A DNA stretch of 64,000 nt from Octopus bimaculoides (GCF_001194135.2 NC_069007.1:1662126-1726125), one strand, 5' to 3'. Numbered from the stretch's first letter, positions 1 to 12,564 are shown. Translations and numbers: made by a program. Notes: a model not told the origin generated them from the sequence alone.

Positions 1-504
1 TACTCATTATATTGTTGAAACAAGCCGTAGTGACTCGAAGCTCTGGCACGTTGTCTTTTGTAGTATTCACCTTTGTGTCACAACGCAGCACCTAGTCCCC
101 TACATAACATCTTGGGCCACTCCGTAACTCCGCAGCCAGTTTCCGGTATCTCAATACATGAGAGAGCCAGACTCTCGTGTAAACGCAGGGGACTTCGTAA
201 AATCACGCTCGAAATGATTGCACTGATGGGTCGATCTGAACCCATCTTTCTTGTGTTATTCTGTCCATCCCATGACCTCAATACATTAAGCTCTGCTTTA
301 TCCTTAACTACTGCCCTTCTTTTTTATCCAGCTACTCTTTCTTTTTTCCTTCTATTTTGCTTCTCCGTATCTTACACGATATTTAATCCGCAGAAACACA
401 CATATGTAAGCATACAGAAACACGCATGCACGCACGCACACACACATACACTCACATATACAGGTTCAAAACGACAGTGAAGTTGTAATTGAAGATGAGA
501 AAGA

Positions 505-750
505 AACGAATGCTTCTTTGGTTTGACGTCATATTTATAATGGAGATGATATTTACCCTCGTTATTGATAACATAATCTCATCTTTTTGTCAAATAGTTT
601 ATCCTTTAAGTGTAAATATCTTCACGTTTCCAAGCAAAGGGACACTTCATATCTTCTTTTATAGCGTCACAGATGATAAACTTCTTTTCTCTCTAAATAA
701 TGTTTCATCGATTTGCAAAACTGATAGTGAGATGCTTCAAGGTCAGGAAG
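505..750 (-). pseudogene. Possible decayed Merlin/ISXO2-like DDE transposase fragment
   Basis: Minus-strand translation gives *P*SI..VLQIDETLFREKR(S, frameshift)YHL*R (664-745), and further on I*RQTKEAFV (505-535). This resembles the Merlin motif GPGxxVQIDESLFxxKRKYxRGR followed by GxxRxTKxCF. Stops and a frameshift are present, and the family call is from memory. Confidence 0.4.
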
Positions 751-1689
751 CTATGATGGATGAGTAAAAACTTTATATATTTAGGGCTATGATTTTTTCT
801 TCAGTGATCTGGGTATTATGGCGTCATGTAATGAGGAGCAAGTTCTTTTTATGACTGACCAACGGTGACCGCTTTTTTTTTCTTTTTGTAATTTTTTTCT
901 GTAATTCTTCCAACTGATGACAATCTTTCTTCACATGAACTGTTTTTAACACTTCATGAGAGACGATACCTTCATATACAACCAAATCCGGAAATAACAT
1001 AGTTTTGGATGTAGTCCTGTTGTGGCGGATGGGCATTCCTCTTTCAATAGGTGCCAATAACTGAGATGCTCGTTGGATATGCTTATAGAAAAACACTTTT
1101 CGTTGCTTCTGGAGATCCGACCCAGGAAATATACGATAGGAAATCTGCTCATCAATGACAAGCATTGAACAACTCATTGATTAAGAGGAAACCACTCAGA
1201 GAATGAGGGCCCTAGTTACCAAACTAAGATATCCCCTTAGATCAATAAATCGTTTTATAATTGAAGTGTATATTATACCTTCAACGTGCCACATTAATTT
1301 TCTCTGGACAAATTACCCCCTACTGCTCCCACTGCGCACGGTTCTCACTCCCGTACACAATATTTCGATGAGATGATCGTAATAATTCTTTTGTTTTTTG
1401 GCCAAAAAGATAACCAGAATTCACGACTCTAGAGTATTCTGAGAAGTCTTCCAGCAGACATGTTGACGGGAGTAATAACAACTGGCTATCTTTTCCATAT
1501 ATACATACACGTGCGTGCACACACAGACACACACACACACACAAGCATACATATATAGAAAGGGACAGAAATGGAGAGAGGTAGATAGATAGATAGATAG
1601 ATAGAGAGAGAGGCGTTTATGTATGTGTATAGGATTTTCAACATATATATGTAAATCTCTTGACTACATTTTTATAACATTTGTGAGGG

Positions 1690-1880
1690 GAAAGCGGTGG
1701 GCGGACAAACATTTTAGCGATATTCCGTACGTTTTCACGTTCTGCGTTCAAATTCCACCGAGGTCGACTTTGCCTTTCACCATTTCAAAATCGATAAAAT
1801 CAGTACAGTTCAGCGTTGTGACGATGCAATCGATTCCCCACCTTCACAAACTCGCTGGCCTTTCCCCACAATTTGAAAAA
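1690..1880 (+). mobile_element. tRNA-derived SINE, family A (Deu/Nin-like central domain), decayed
   Basis: Contains GTTCAAATTCCACCGAGGTCGACTTTGCCTTTCA..TCGATAAAAT, collinear with the better-preserved copy at 18116-18338. Confidence 0.8.
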
Positions 1881-3374
1881 AAAAGTTATGAAGAAAGCCA
1901 GATGAATTTCTGAACTTTCAAATGTTCTGCTCAGTACTTATGAATACTTCATCTGCAAATCCTTATTTAAACTATGCCGCTAAAACACTCCTTAGATACC
2001 ACATGCATTATAACACTTCTACAACTGTACAGCTCCTTTATACATTGTCGGAAATAAATGTTATCTATCTCACAAACCACCACAAAAAGCTAAACTGTCT
2101 CATGACCTTTTTGCGAAAGTTCTTTACCAACCTCGTGTATTTCCTTCTCCGCTAGATTTATTCTGAGGTTTCTCTAAGAGCAACTAACGTATATTTATAT
2201 TAAAAAATAAAATTCCTTTATGGTGTTCCAAAGTAACTGTATGTTAGCTTTTTATTTTAGTAAATTTACCATTTATTTGTATGTTTAGAGAGAGTTGTAC
2301 ATTTGTACATTTGCGTTTATTTTCTTTTTTCTCTTGCGATAAGTAGACTCTCTGGCATTCCATTTTAAATACAGACTTTCTGCGAAATATTTGGATTCTT
2401 GACAAATTTAATGGAGAAGAACCAAATCAACAATAACTATTAATAACAAAATACCTATCAACAGCATACGAAATAAATATAACATTAAACAAGAATTAGA
2501 ATCCAGCGTCTAACTTAAAATGGCTCTTAAAACCGTTAGGGTTTCATTCAAATTTTACGCGTTGCAGCCATTAGCAGTCATTTGAGAAGACGCAATTTAA
2601 CAAGCTTTTTGCGATTCAATACAGGTTGTAAAAGCTATCATTTTATCAACACTACCATTAATAATCAGCACATTGATAGCTGTATGGCAATCCTTTTCCT
2701 TCCAATTTCAAATCACCATTGTCAGTTTCATGATTGCATCTATGCTTATAAATGAGGTGGTATTTTTCTTAAACGGTATAGGTTCAGATTGAAAGCAATA
2801 TCTAACAATATATATATATACTGAGTTCGAATCCCATCGGGGTTTATGTTTATCTGTTGATTTTTATTATTTTGTCCTGATCAAATCTGATGAATTAATC
2901 AATACTAATATAGAATATGTTTCAGTTATGAGCGTCTCATTAATTTTTATAGGTGAACTAAGACTATATTTCTAATAGATTTTCTTATTCAATCGTTTTC
3001 TGATAAGGATTATTTTAAGGGAGATATTGTTTCTATGTCTGCATGATTTCTAGGTCAGTCAAACTGCTCAAAACCTTTGAAAAGTCTCCTGTAATAGTGT
3101 CGACAGTCGACAGTAGAATTTGGTCGATGGAATACGAGTGGATATTCCGTCGGCGAAATTCAAAAGGACAGACTCAATCCCTTTGAGACCATTCAGTGCT
3201 GTAAACCTTACGTCTTTGGCAAAGTCTTCGATTTCCTGACTTCCGACTCAGCGTTTGATTAAATAATGAATTTTCCCCACCGTTCTAAGAAATATAGTTA
3301 AGAGCCTATGCCATGCTGTACTGCTGAAATCTACAAACTTTTTTCATTCTCTCGTTGTTTATATTCTCTTATTC

Positions 3375-3498
3375 CTTTCTGTTGAAGAACGTAGGCTCGA
3401 AACGTAAAAGAATTTTTCAGTTTCCCGAGCGTCAAACTAATACACATGACTGTTGTTCATACACCTTCCCTCGTCTTTTGTTTTCCTATAAATTTAAA
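3375..3498 (+). mobile_element. Penelope-like 3' tail fragment, family E, with hammerhead-like motif at 3375-3410
   Basis: CTTT-CTGTTGA-A-GAAC-GTAG-GCTC-GAA-ACGT-A-AAAG followed by TTTCCCGAGCGTCAAACTAATACA...ACACC. Homologous to the minus-strand copies at 21590-21702 and 18050-18420, and ends in (TA)n. Confidence 0.65.
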
Positions 3499-4254
3499 CT
3501 ATATATATATATATAGTCCTCGGTCAGCATTTCCTATAAATATCAGTAATGTTATGAGGTTGATATGGTTAAGTTTAGAAGGGCTTAATAAAACTTATTT
3601 AGTTTCAATCCAGATGAAGTAAAATTAGAATATTTGGAACGCTTCAACTGGGCGCAGGTTATGTTGTGGCTTACGTCAATCTATTTACAACTGTTGCAAT
3701 ATAAAAGGATAATATCTTTTGTGTTCATTCTCGTGATGTTCCGATTTAGATCACGGCCATCGACACAGTCAGGAGAATAAAATCATTGTTCGCTACCGTT
3801 TTCGTGGTTACAACTGATATATATATATATATAAAGAAAGAAAGAGAGAGAAAACCGAAAGAGAAAAAAAGAAGGGCGATAGATAGAAAATCATACAGTG
3901 AGAGAGAGAGAGATGGAGAGATTGATTTAAATACATAAATACACACGTTCCTTCTTAGAGAGAGAGAGAGAGATCTGTATGTAAGTATATATGCGTGTGT
4001 GAGTGTGGTTTATAGGTGAGTTGAATAAGAAAACGGTGAGCCAGTTTTGTCATTTCCATTGAGTTTTTCCATTGTGCGACAATATTTCCACACAATGTCG
4101 TGATTTATTTCGGAAGTAGTTAGCTTGTAGTGACTATCGCTTCCATTTTTATTTGGTAGGGACAGTTATATCGGTACGGTTGTTAATGCTGAAATTATCA
4201 TAATCCTGTCACGCTTCACGAAACAACTCCATTCGACTTATAATAACAGACCAT

Positions 4255-4354
4255 TTTAAGGTCGATAAATCAAATACCAGTTGCGTACTGCGGTCGAACT
4301 AATCGACTGGACCCCTCCCCTAAAATTTCGGTGCTTGTGCCTAGAGTACAAAAG
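4255..4354 (+). mobile_element. 5'-truncated family A SINE with 13-bp target-site duplication
   Basis: 3' half of family A (GGTCGATAAAT..ACCAGTTG..AAAATTTCG..CTTGTGCCTAGAGTA), flanked by the exact direct repeat AATAACAGACCAT at 4242-4254 and 4355-4367. Confidence 0.8.
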
Positions 4355-4421
4355 AATAACAGACCATCTTGTTCGTAATTTTATTCAATAGAGACACATA
4401 TTATTTAATTCTAACAATCGG

Positions 4422-5528
4422 TTCAAATTTTAGCACAACGCCAGCAATCTTGAAGGGACGGGTAGTTAATAGCATCTAACAGTGTGCGTGCGTAATACTT
4501 ATTTTTAATGTACATGAAAAAATAAATGGTAAAATCGACCTCGGTGGAATTTAATCTCAGAACGAAAAAGCCGGAAGAAATACCGCCAAGAATTTTTGTC
4601 CGAGGCACTAACCATCCTGCTAGCTCTGCACCCATTCTTTAGTAATTGTTTCAACATTTCCCCAGCAATTATCAGGTCAGATTGCGAATCGATTATACAG
4701 ACCTGAATCTTAACTGGTAATTATTTGATTGAATCTGAAAGGACGAATGAAAAGACTACTTCGACAGAATTTGAACCCAGAACGTGAAGAGCCGGAGAAA
4801 AGCTGCTGAACAATTGTGTCCGACGTACTAGGAATGCGTCCGACTCACCGATTTTTTTTTATTCCTGATAATCTTTTCCACTTCAAACACAAGGCCCGAA
4901 ATTTTGAAATAAGAGAAAAAACTGGGGGAAATTGTGAGGTACGGGAAAAACTGGGTACTTAATAGACCCAGAAAGGATGAAAGCAAAGTTGACTACGGGG
5001 AAATTTGAACACCGAACGTAAAGACAGACGAGATGCCGCTAAAATGTTGCCCGTCATGCTAACAGTTCTGCGAACAGACCACCGTATAATATGTACGAAA
5101 TACTGGCTCCAAATTTTGGCACTAGACTAACAATAGCGGCAGACGGTTAAATCGATTACATTGGCTCAAATAGTATTTATATCATTGTTCTTGAAACAAG
5201 GAAAATCAAAGTCAGCTTTAGCGGAATTTGAACTCAAAACCTAAAAACGGATGAAATGCTCTTAAATATTTTGTCCGGTGTGTTAACGATTCTCCTTCCC
5301 CTGCCTTATTTTTAAGTTTAATAATCTTTTCTACTCTAAGCACAAGGCCAGAAATTTTGGGAGTGGAGAAAATTTTGGATGAGGGTATTTAATTTATTGA
5401 CTCCGAAAGCATAATAGGCGAAGTCAACCTTGGCGGAATTTGAACACTGAACTCAGAACGTTAAGACAGACGAAATATCGCTAAGTATTTCACCCAGCGT
5501 GGTAACGTTTGTGCCAGCTCGCCGCCTT
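4422..5528 (-). mobile_element. Cluster of five co-oriented, mutually diverged family A SINE copies (about 4422-4633, 4725-4850, 4872-5085, 5108-5308, 5322-5528)
   Basis: Each unit shows a variant of AAAGTCGACCTCGGCGGAATTTGAACTCAGAACG (reverse complement of the family A core) and a head remnant at its right end. Confidence 0.8.
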
Positions 5529-6209
5529 CTATAAGTTAAATAATGTAAGATATAAAAAAAAAAAGCTCTCCGAAATTCTATCAATATTTCCCTGTAAAAT
5601 TTGGGAAGCGATTTATAAACGAGTGAGTTCTCGACGCAAGTAAAATACTCTCTCTATATCTCGAACAAGTTTTATTAACTGTTTAACCCATCATATTAAC
5701 CAATTTTTAAGATGCCGCTGGTAATCAGTTGTGCAATTACAGAAGATACGCCAGTCTCTAAATATTCATATTTCAGAATAAATATTGCAAATTTGTTAAT
5801 TTATTTGACGTGGAGACAAATAGAAACTGTAGCTTGGTTACTCTAGAACTTTTACATGTTTTTGTCAGCCATTTTTCTCGTTTATTTCTTCTATTTATTC
5901 CTCTCCTTCTCTTTCTCACTCTCCATTTATCCAGCTCTCTGTACCTATCTTGCTCTCCTCACTTTCTCTCTCCCGGAAATTGAAAATTCGTTTGTAAATA
6001 TTTCTATGAGTTGTCTAGTAACATGTTATTGTTTTATTGATATCAACGTAGTCAGAGTTGTAGGTGTCGCTGTTGTTATACTTGTGAATTCCATTCTGTT
6101 GTTGTTTTCCTAGTTATTGTCACCATCGGCGCCTTGTGGTCATTTCTATTGTCTTATTTTGTTACTGCCCATAGTGTTATTCAAATGGTAGTTGTTAAGA
6201 TAAACTTTA

Positions 6210-6715
6210 CCTTGTGTGAGTGTGAGATTGTGTAAGTGTCTGAGTATGTGTACGGCTAGGTGTGTATGTGAGTGCGTGTGTGTGCTTACGTTCGTGCGCG
6301 TGTGTGATTGTGTACGTGTGTGAGTATGTATACGGCTGTGTGTGTTTGTGTGAGTGCGTGTATGTGCGTAAATTCGTGCGTGTCTGTGATCCTGTACGTG
6401 TGTGAGTATATGTACGGCGGTGTGTGTGTGTGTGTGAGTGCGTGTGCATGATTGTGTAAGTATGTGGAAGGCTACGTGTGTATGTGTGAGTGCGAGTGTG
6501 TGCTTACGTTCGTGAGCGTCTGTGATTGTGTACGTGTATATATATGTTAGGTTGTGTGTGTATGTGTATGTACGTGTCTGTGCATACGTTGGTGCGCGTG
6601 TGTGATCGTGTACGTGTTTAAGTATGTGTACGGCTGTGTGTACGTGTGTGTGAGTGATTGTATATGTGTAGACGGTTGAGTGTATGTCTGTGAAAAAGGT
6701 GAATGTATCTCTGAT
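6210..6715. repeat. GT-derived complex minisatellite, about 80-bp unit
   Basis: The unit start GAGTATGTGTACGGCT recurs in variant form at 6242, 6322 and 6404 (spacing 80 and 82), with further degenerate units near 6458 and 6620. Internal motifs CTTACGTTCGTG and GATTGTGTACGTG also repeat. Confidence 0.75.
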
Positions 6716-7898
6716 TTGCTCTGTTATATAAATGTGTGTGTGTACGTGTGTGTGTGTACGTTCTTTACTTTCTCTCTTTCCCTGAAGTAGAATTAGTAGT
6801 AGTGGTAGCGACAGCAGCCGCAGTAGTAGTAGTAGATGGTGATTATGATGATGAAAAATAAAAGAAGAGGGTCTAAACTAAAACAATTATTTGACGAGTA
6901 AATAACCTGATTAATTAGCGTAAGTCTGTTACCTGAGGAAGAAATAGAAGAACGATAATGTTAATATGAATGATAATAATACGTCTACTGCCAAAAATCG
7001 ATAAGTCAACCTGTATTTAAAATGACAGTGAGAAGGTCGGTGCGACGAACAAAATGGAGAATTTGCAGTGAATTTTGTACTGGAGTATATTTTGGTTAAC
7101 ATCGTGACTTGGTTTTATTTTTCAGTCTAAATCCACGATTCACATCTCAGTGAACGCATCATCGCTTGAAAAAGATTATGGGATTAACTTGTAGTGAAAT
7201 ATCTAGCGAATACTTCTCTTTCTGTAACAGCCGTTACATTAGGATCTGTCAAGGACATCTGCTTTTTGAAAATCCGAATTTATCAAAATTTTTGTTGTTA
7301 ACGGAGTTTCGCCCCAAATCAGCCAGGATCGAATAAATATATTTCCAACCGAATTCAAGAGAAAAAAATGTGCGCGTGTGTGTGTGTAAGAGAGAGAGAG
7401 GAGGGCAAAGTAAAAGAATGAGAGAGAGAGAGAGAGAGAAAGAGAGACAGAGGAGGGCAAAGTGAAAGAATGAGAGAGATATAGACGGAGAGACAGAGAG
7501 TACATAAGACCTCAGTAAGGGAAGGAAAATATATTTATTAACTTCGAAGAAATTGAAGATAAATTTAACCGCCAGAAAGGATACTGCCAGGCCTATACAG
7601 TCTTTTCGTTTGGTGCCTTCAAACGGTAGGCAGATTATTTCGACACTTTTTGTTGATTAGGTCCCAGTTTATAGGTTATTTATTTATTTTTTCTTTTATA
7701 TAGTGTTTCTAATGTACCAGCTGATTTACTGTGTGACAGCTGATGTCGCCTTCTCACTGAAGGAGTAAGAAACAATTGGTTCAGGAGCTAGATGGTAAAT
7801 GTTTTTATTTTTCATCCCTAACAGTGGTTTGGAACTTAGCTGTTCTTTTTAGCGTGCAAGGAATCCTATGAGGGATACCTCTTATGTGTTTAAATGTA

Positions 7899-7952
<54 letters not shown>

Positions 7953-7953
<1 letters not shown>

Positions 7954-8091
7954 TTTCGAAATTTCACCAAGACACCTGAAGAAGGCTGGTGGTTATATCA
8001 GCCGAAACGTTGTTAACAACAAACAAGATCAGGACAAATATCCGTTGAATGTAAGTAATGAACATAATTCCTCATCTCTTAAATATAGAAC
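7953..8091 (+). mobile_element. 5'-truncated family D element (Penelope-like tail with hammerhead motif at 7971-8013)
   Basis: GACAC-CTGAAGA-A-GGCTG-gtggttatat-CAGCC-GAA-ACGT-T-GTT, then ACAAACAAGATCAGGACAAATATCCG...ATTCCTCATCTCTTAAATATAGAACT. Matches the copies at 12565-12692 and 12830-12958. Confidence 0.75.
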
Positions 8092-8787
8092 TACAATGTG
8101 TTATATTATACTGATGACGGTAAAGAGATTTACATCTCTAAATTAGAAATTGGTTTATGGTTAAAACGTTTCTTTTTTTTAATCTTCTTTGTTCACTTCT
8201 TTCGCTTTAAACCTGTGATAATGGGGTAAATATTGTAGTTCTTAGAGCCATTTGACGTCTATATCTAGCATGTGGCACTACTCACGTGTTGATTTTTTTT
8301 ATATTAACCACACGGGGTCGGAACACAGGAGACAGCACTAGGACAGACAAACGAAAAGGTGGAATGACGACTACTCAAACCCCACACTCCAGTTAACATC
8401 ATTGAACGTTTTTAGAAAAAAAATTTAACACGTGTTATTTTATTTTTGTCTCTTTCTCTTTGCTGTGTGTGGCTTGTGTTATATACTCAGTCGACAACAG
8501 ACATGCGTGAAGTGGCCAGTGTCAATACGAAATTTTATTTTCATTTCCATTGAAACAATACACGTTTACTGTTCTATTACGAGTTAATAATTATCGCAGC
8601 AGTTGCAAGGTAAAATATAAAATTCTTTGTCTCTCTGTAATAATTATTGTGGTATTTACCGTTAAATTAGCAGTTCCATACATGTGCTATTTCGTTCATT
8701 TGCTTATATTTCGTTAATTTACACTGCATACAAAAATACGGACATACTACATACATACAACTGCTTACAAAAATAGAGATTAATGTA

Positions 8788-8817
8788 TTGGGTTGTCCGG
8801 AAAGTTTGTGCCGATTT
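8788..8817 (+). mobile_element. Solo mariner-type terminal inverted repeat
   Basis: TA|TTGGGTTGTCCGGAAAGTTTGTGCCGATTT resembles mariner TIRs that follow a TA target. No partner TIR seen in the window. Confidence 0.45.
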
Positions 8818-9105
8818 ATAGTAGCTTTTGGAAAAATATGTTTATTTCTTGGACTAAGTAAATAAATAAATAATGAATATGAATGGGGATCTCTCCCTCT
8901 CTTATCTATCTGTCTAACTGTCTGACTATTTATCTATCAGCCTATCTACCTACCTAAATTTCCATGTATCTATCTTCATTGTCAATAGTACCTCACCCCC
9001 CAAAACAAAAACGATGTTCGCTTTTTCTAAATACCCCCAACTCAAAAACTGTTATATCGCAATACTACACAGTGGCTGTGTGAGCTACGAAATCCTCGTC
9101 GCCAC

Positions 9106-9185
9106 TGTTATATCGCACGTTCGGATGACAACTAAAGTATTAACAAACAATACTCATAGAGGTCATCCGAACGTGCGAAATGACA
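9106..9185 (+). other. Long hairpin (perfect 17-bp core stem, about 32 bp total)
   Basis: TCGCACGTTCGGATGAC (9113-9129) is the exact reverse complement of 9162-9178. The stem extends inward (CTA/TAG, AGTATT/AATACT, 7-nt loop) and outward (TGTTA/TGACA with one G-U). Confidence 0.8.
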
Positions 9186-9598
9186 AAAACACATTTGTTT
9201 TATATAGACGAACAAGCTGTTCGTACATTCAAAAAATTTGATTTTACAATTCGAGAAACGAAAGAAAGCACTAATAATAATGAAGAAATAAACAGATTTT
9301 TTCCCAGCTCTCACCGTTTGTTTTTACTGTCTTGTTCTCACGGTTCCGTTCTTGTTAACGCTTTTACCCTCCGCAAAAATCCCAAATTTTATTTAATTTG
9401 CTTTGCAGGAAGGACTGTTTCAACGAAGTTGCCTATTGTCCTTACCTTTCAAACGCGAAGTAGATGAAACAGGGACAACTGACGAAGGGGCATATTGCAT
9501 GTCTCGTTTGTGTCGTTTGGTTGTTTCGTTGTTGGAAAAAATTTCGTTTTCTATGTTTTCGTTTCTCATTGTGTTTATGGTTTTTTTTTTTGATGTCC

Positions 9599-9635
<37 letters not shown>

Positions 9636-10454
9636 ATGTACATATATGCATGTATATATGCATATATTTGTATTATATATATTTATATATATANNNNNNN
9701 NNNNNNNNNNNNNNNNNNNNNNNNNNNNNNNNNNNNNNNNNNNNNNNNNNNNNNNNNNNNNNNNNNNNNNNNNNNNNNNNNNNNNNNNNNNNNNNNNNNN
9801 NNNNNNNNNNNNNNNNNNNNNNNNNNNNNNNNNNNNNNNNNNNNNNNNNNNNNNNNNNNNNNNNNNNNNNNNNNNNNNNNNNNNNNNNNNNNNNNNNNNN
9901 NNNNNNNNNNNNNNNNNNNNNNNNNNNNNNNNNNNNNNNNNNNNNNNNNNNNNNNNNNNNNNNNNNNNNNNNNNNNNNNNNNNNNNNNNNNNNNNNNNNN
10001 NNNNNNNNNNNNNNNNNNNNNNNNNNNNNNNNNNNNNNNNNNNNNNNNNNNNNNNNNNNNNNNNNNNNNNNNNNNNNNNNNNNNNNNNNNNNNNNNNNNN
10101 NNNNNNNNNNNNNNNNNNNNNNNNNNNNNNNNNNNNNNNNNNNNNNNNNNNNNNNNNNNNNNNNNNNNNNNNNNNNNNNNNNNNNNNNNNNNNNNNNNNN
10201 NNNNNNNNNNNNNNNNNNNNNNNNNNNNNNNNNNNNNNNNNNNNNNNNNNNNNNNNNNNNNNNNNNNNNNNNNNNNNNNNNNNNNNNNNNNNNNNNNNNN
10301 NNNNNNNNTATATATATATATATACATTGCGTGTGTGTATGTGTGTTGGATTATGTACATAAGTGCAGTTTGGACTCCATTGATGCAGATAATCCAACAA
10401 CGATTTAGAATGACTCGTCATATTTGACACGAGTCGAAAATTTTCGTACCGTGT

Positions 10455-10785
10455 ATTATTTCTTACCGCGGCCACGCTGGGGCGCCGACATTGAGGGACT
10501 CTTTAATCGAACAAATTGAGCTCAAGACTCCTTTTTTATTCTATCGATATCTTTTACGTGGAGGTAAAGGGACCATCACTGATGGTAGAGCGGTGGTAAG
10601 GGGAGATGCACAAACATATACAAATACAACGGGCTTCTTTCAGTTTCCGTTAATCAAATCTACTCACAAGGATTTGGTCGGCCTGCGGGTTTAGCAGAAA
10701 ACACCTACCTGCCCATATGTGCCCCACAATGGGACTCAACCCGGAACAATATGATTGGGAAGCACACATAGCCACGCGTGCGCCT
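10455..10785 (-). mobile_element. tRNA-derived SINE, family B (CORE-like), decayed
   Basis: Reverse complement of the family B body (CTTCTTTCAGTTTCCG...AAATCTACTCACAAGG) and of the tail (CCGCGGCCACGCTGGGGCGCCG). Collinear with 44135-44465. Confidence 0.75.
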
Positions 10786-10898
10786 ATATATATATATATA
10801 TTGTATAAAGGATCATGGGTAAGGCCAGAACAATGCGAAGTAAATGCAAGGTAAATCACAAGAAAACAAATATGTTAATTAATGTAGACTTACCTTGT

Positions 10899-10936
10899 AG
10901 TCAATATTTCGGGGTTATGGCCCCATTTTCAAGAAA
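10899..10936 (-). ncRNA. Degenerate hammerhead-like motif in a third Penelope-like tail
   Basis: Minus strand TTC-TTGAAAA-T-GGGG-ccataa-CCCC-GAA-ATAT-T-GAC. Helix II and a palindromic helix III are present, but the core is mutated and helix I is weak. Confidence 0.3.
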
Positions 10937-12564
10937 TAAATGAATGTTGCTGATTTGCGTGTGTGTGTGTGTGTTTGTGTATATATGCATGCATGTGTGT
11001 GTGTGTTTGTATACACAACCATACACATAGACAGATATACACACAGACATAATAATGCTGACCTATATCTTCAAAACTCAATTATATCTAGAACGATGTT
11101 GATCAAAGCTAACTTCCAACGAAGCAGGATAATTATAATTCCCCTCTTCCTCCTCCTCCTCATCATCATCATCATCATCATCACCACCACCACCACCAGC
11201 AGTATCGTCATCATCATCGCATCCTCATTAGCGTCACCATCATCATTATCGAAGGCAGGAGCAGCAAAACTAAAATACAACCACGCCACATGTTGCTGTT
11301 GAATAAGAGTCACATAAGAATGGCCAACCCGGGAGGATCTTAATTTAGTGCTTAAATCACGTGGCTGATTAAGTGCTAGACATAGTAGGCAAATATTCCT
11401 CACATCGCCTGGACCACTGAAGATAGGCGCATTCTTCGTAAATATGTTTGAATTAAAGGTTTGACAAGAATGAAAAAAACGTGGCATTCTCGTTTGGAAC
11501 GTTCTTCAACACAGGTCGCTTTCTCCGATAAGGGACAAATTAAGGGATAAAATACAACAGCAACGGCAAGAAGAATTAGCAATAAATCAATAAATAACAT
11601 TAACAAAACCAACAAAGACATAATGAGATCTACTCCCACACCACCAAACCCCCTGACCAATACCAACTACATCACCACCAGTACTACTACCATCACCATC
11701 AACCTCTAAGTCATTGCTTCTTGACCGAAACTGATAATGATTCATACATTTCTGCAATAAATTGCCACGCTCAGCAATAAGTAATCAAACTACGACTAGA
11801 ATGAATATTTGGCAAGTAATTATTTGGCTTCAAGTCAAATATTTATTTAATGATTTAATGTCTCGATGAGAATGGCCTACTTAGTTTTAAGTTGTCCTTT
11901 TCTCTCTATCCCCCCCTCTCTCTCAAACCATATGACTTTCATTGAACTAATTCTTTGATCAAATTTCATCTGATGGGTTTTTCTTCAAGACGTCTTACTT
12001 TAATCTTGCTTCTTCGCTTTGATCTTAATAGACTATAATATTTGATCTAACACTAAAACGCGCTGTGTCTAAACAATTAATTATATGTTCATATTCTGCG
12101 TAGTTAGTCTACTAACTACAGAAAAATGTTAGGCGCAGCTTCTTTATATGATATTTAACATACGATATTTATATTTCTATAGCCCGGGGTCACATATCCA
12201 GTGAAAACATTCGACCCCAAGTTAACGAGTTTTACATTGTATGGTCGGACGTCGTTGGGACGAGGGGCAAACTACAATATGAGATTTCGTATAACTCTTT
12301 ATTTTATGTGTTCAAATCCCACCCAAATTTAATTTTCCATTTGTTTCCGGGATCCGATCGACAAAATCTACACTACATTCGCCACTCAAATTTCCGTATA
12401 CCGGAAATTCTCTTTATTTCATCGTCTGTCGAATATTCCTGTAAATATTCTGGTGTTTATAAGATAAAGGACTTTACTGATACAGTGTTTCAACACTTCG
12501 ACGATTTCTCCTTATCAACCTTATTGATACATCCATCAATATTTTACAATGATAACACTGTAGA

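Noticed and set aside
824-1177. 117-aa minus-strand ORF
   Set aside because: No recognisable domain. It may belong to the decayed element at 505-750, but this cannot be supported.
3075-3265. GC-richer stretch with 55-60-codon open frames on both strands
   Set aside because: No recognisable motif or splice signals.
10893-10945. Minus-strand exon ending AAG|GTAAGT
   Set aside because: Lies within a repeat-like Penelope-type tail rather than unique sequence.
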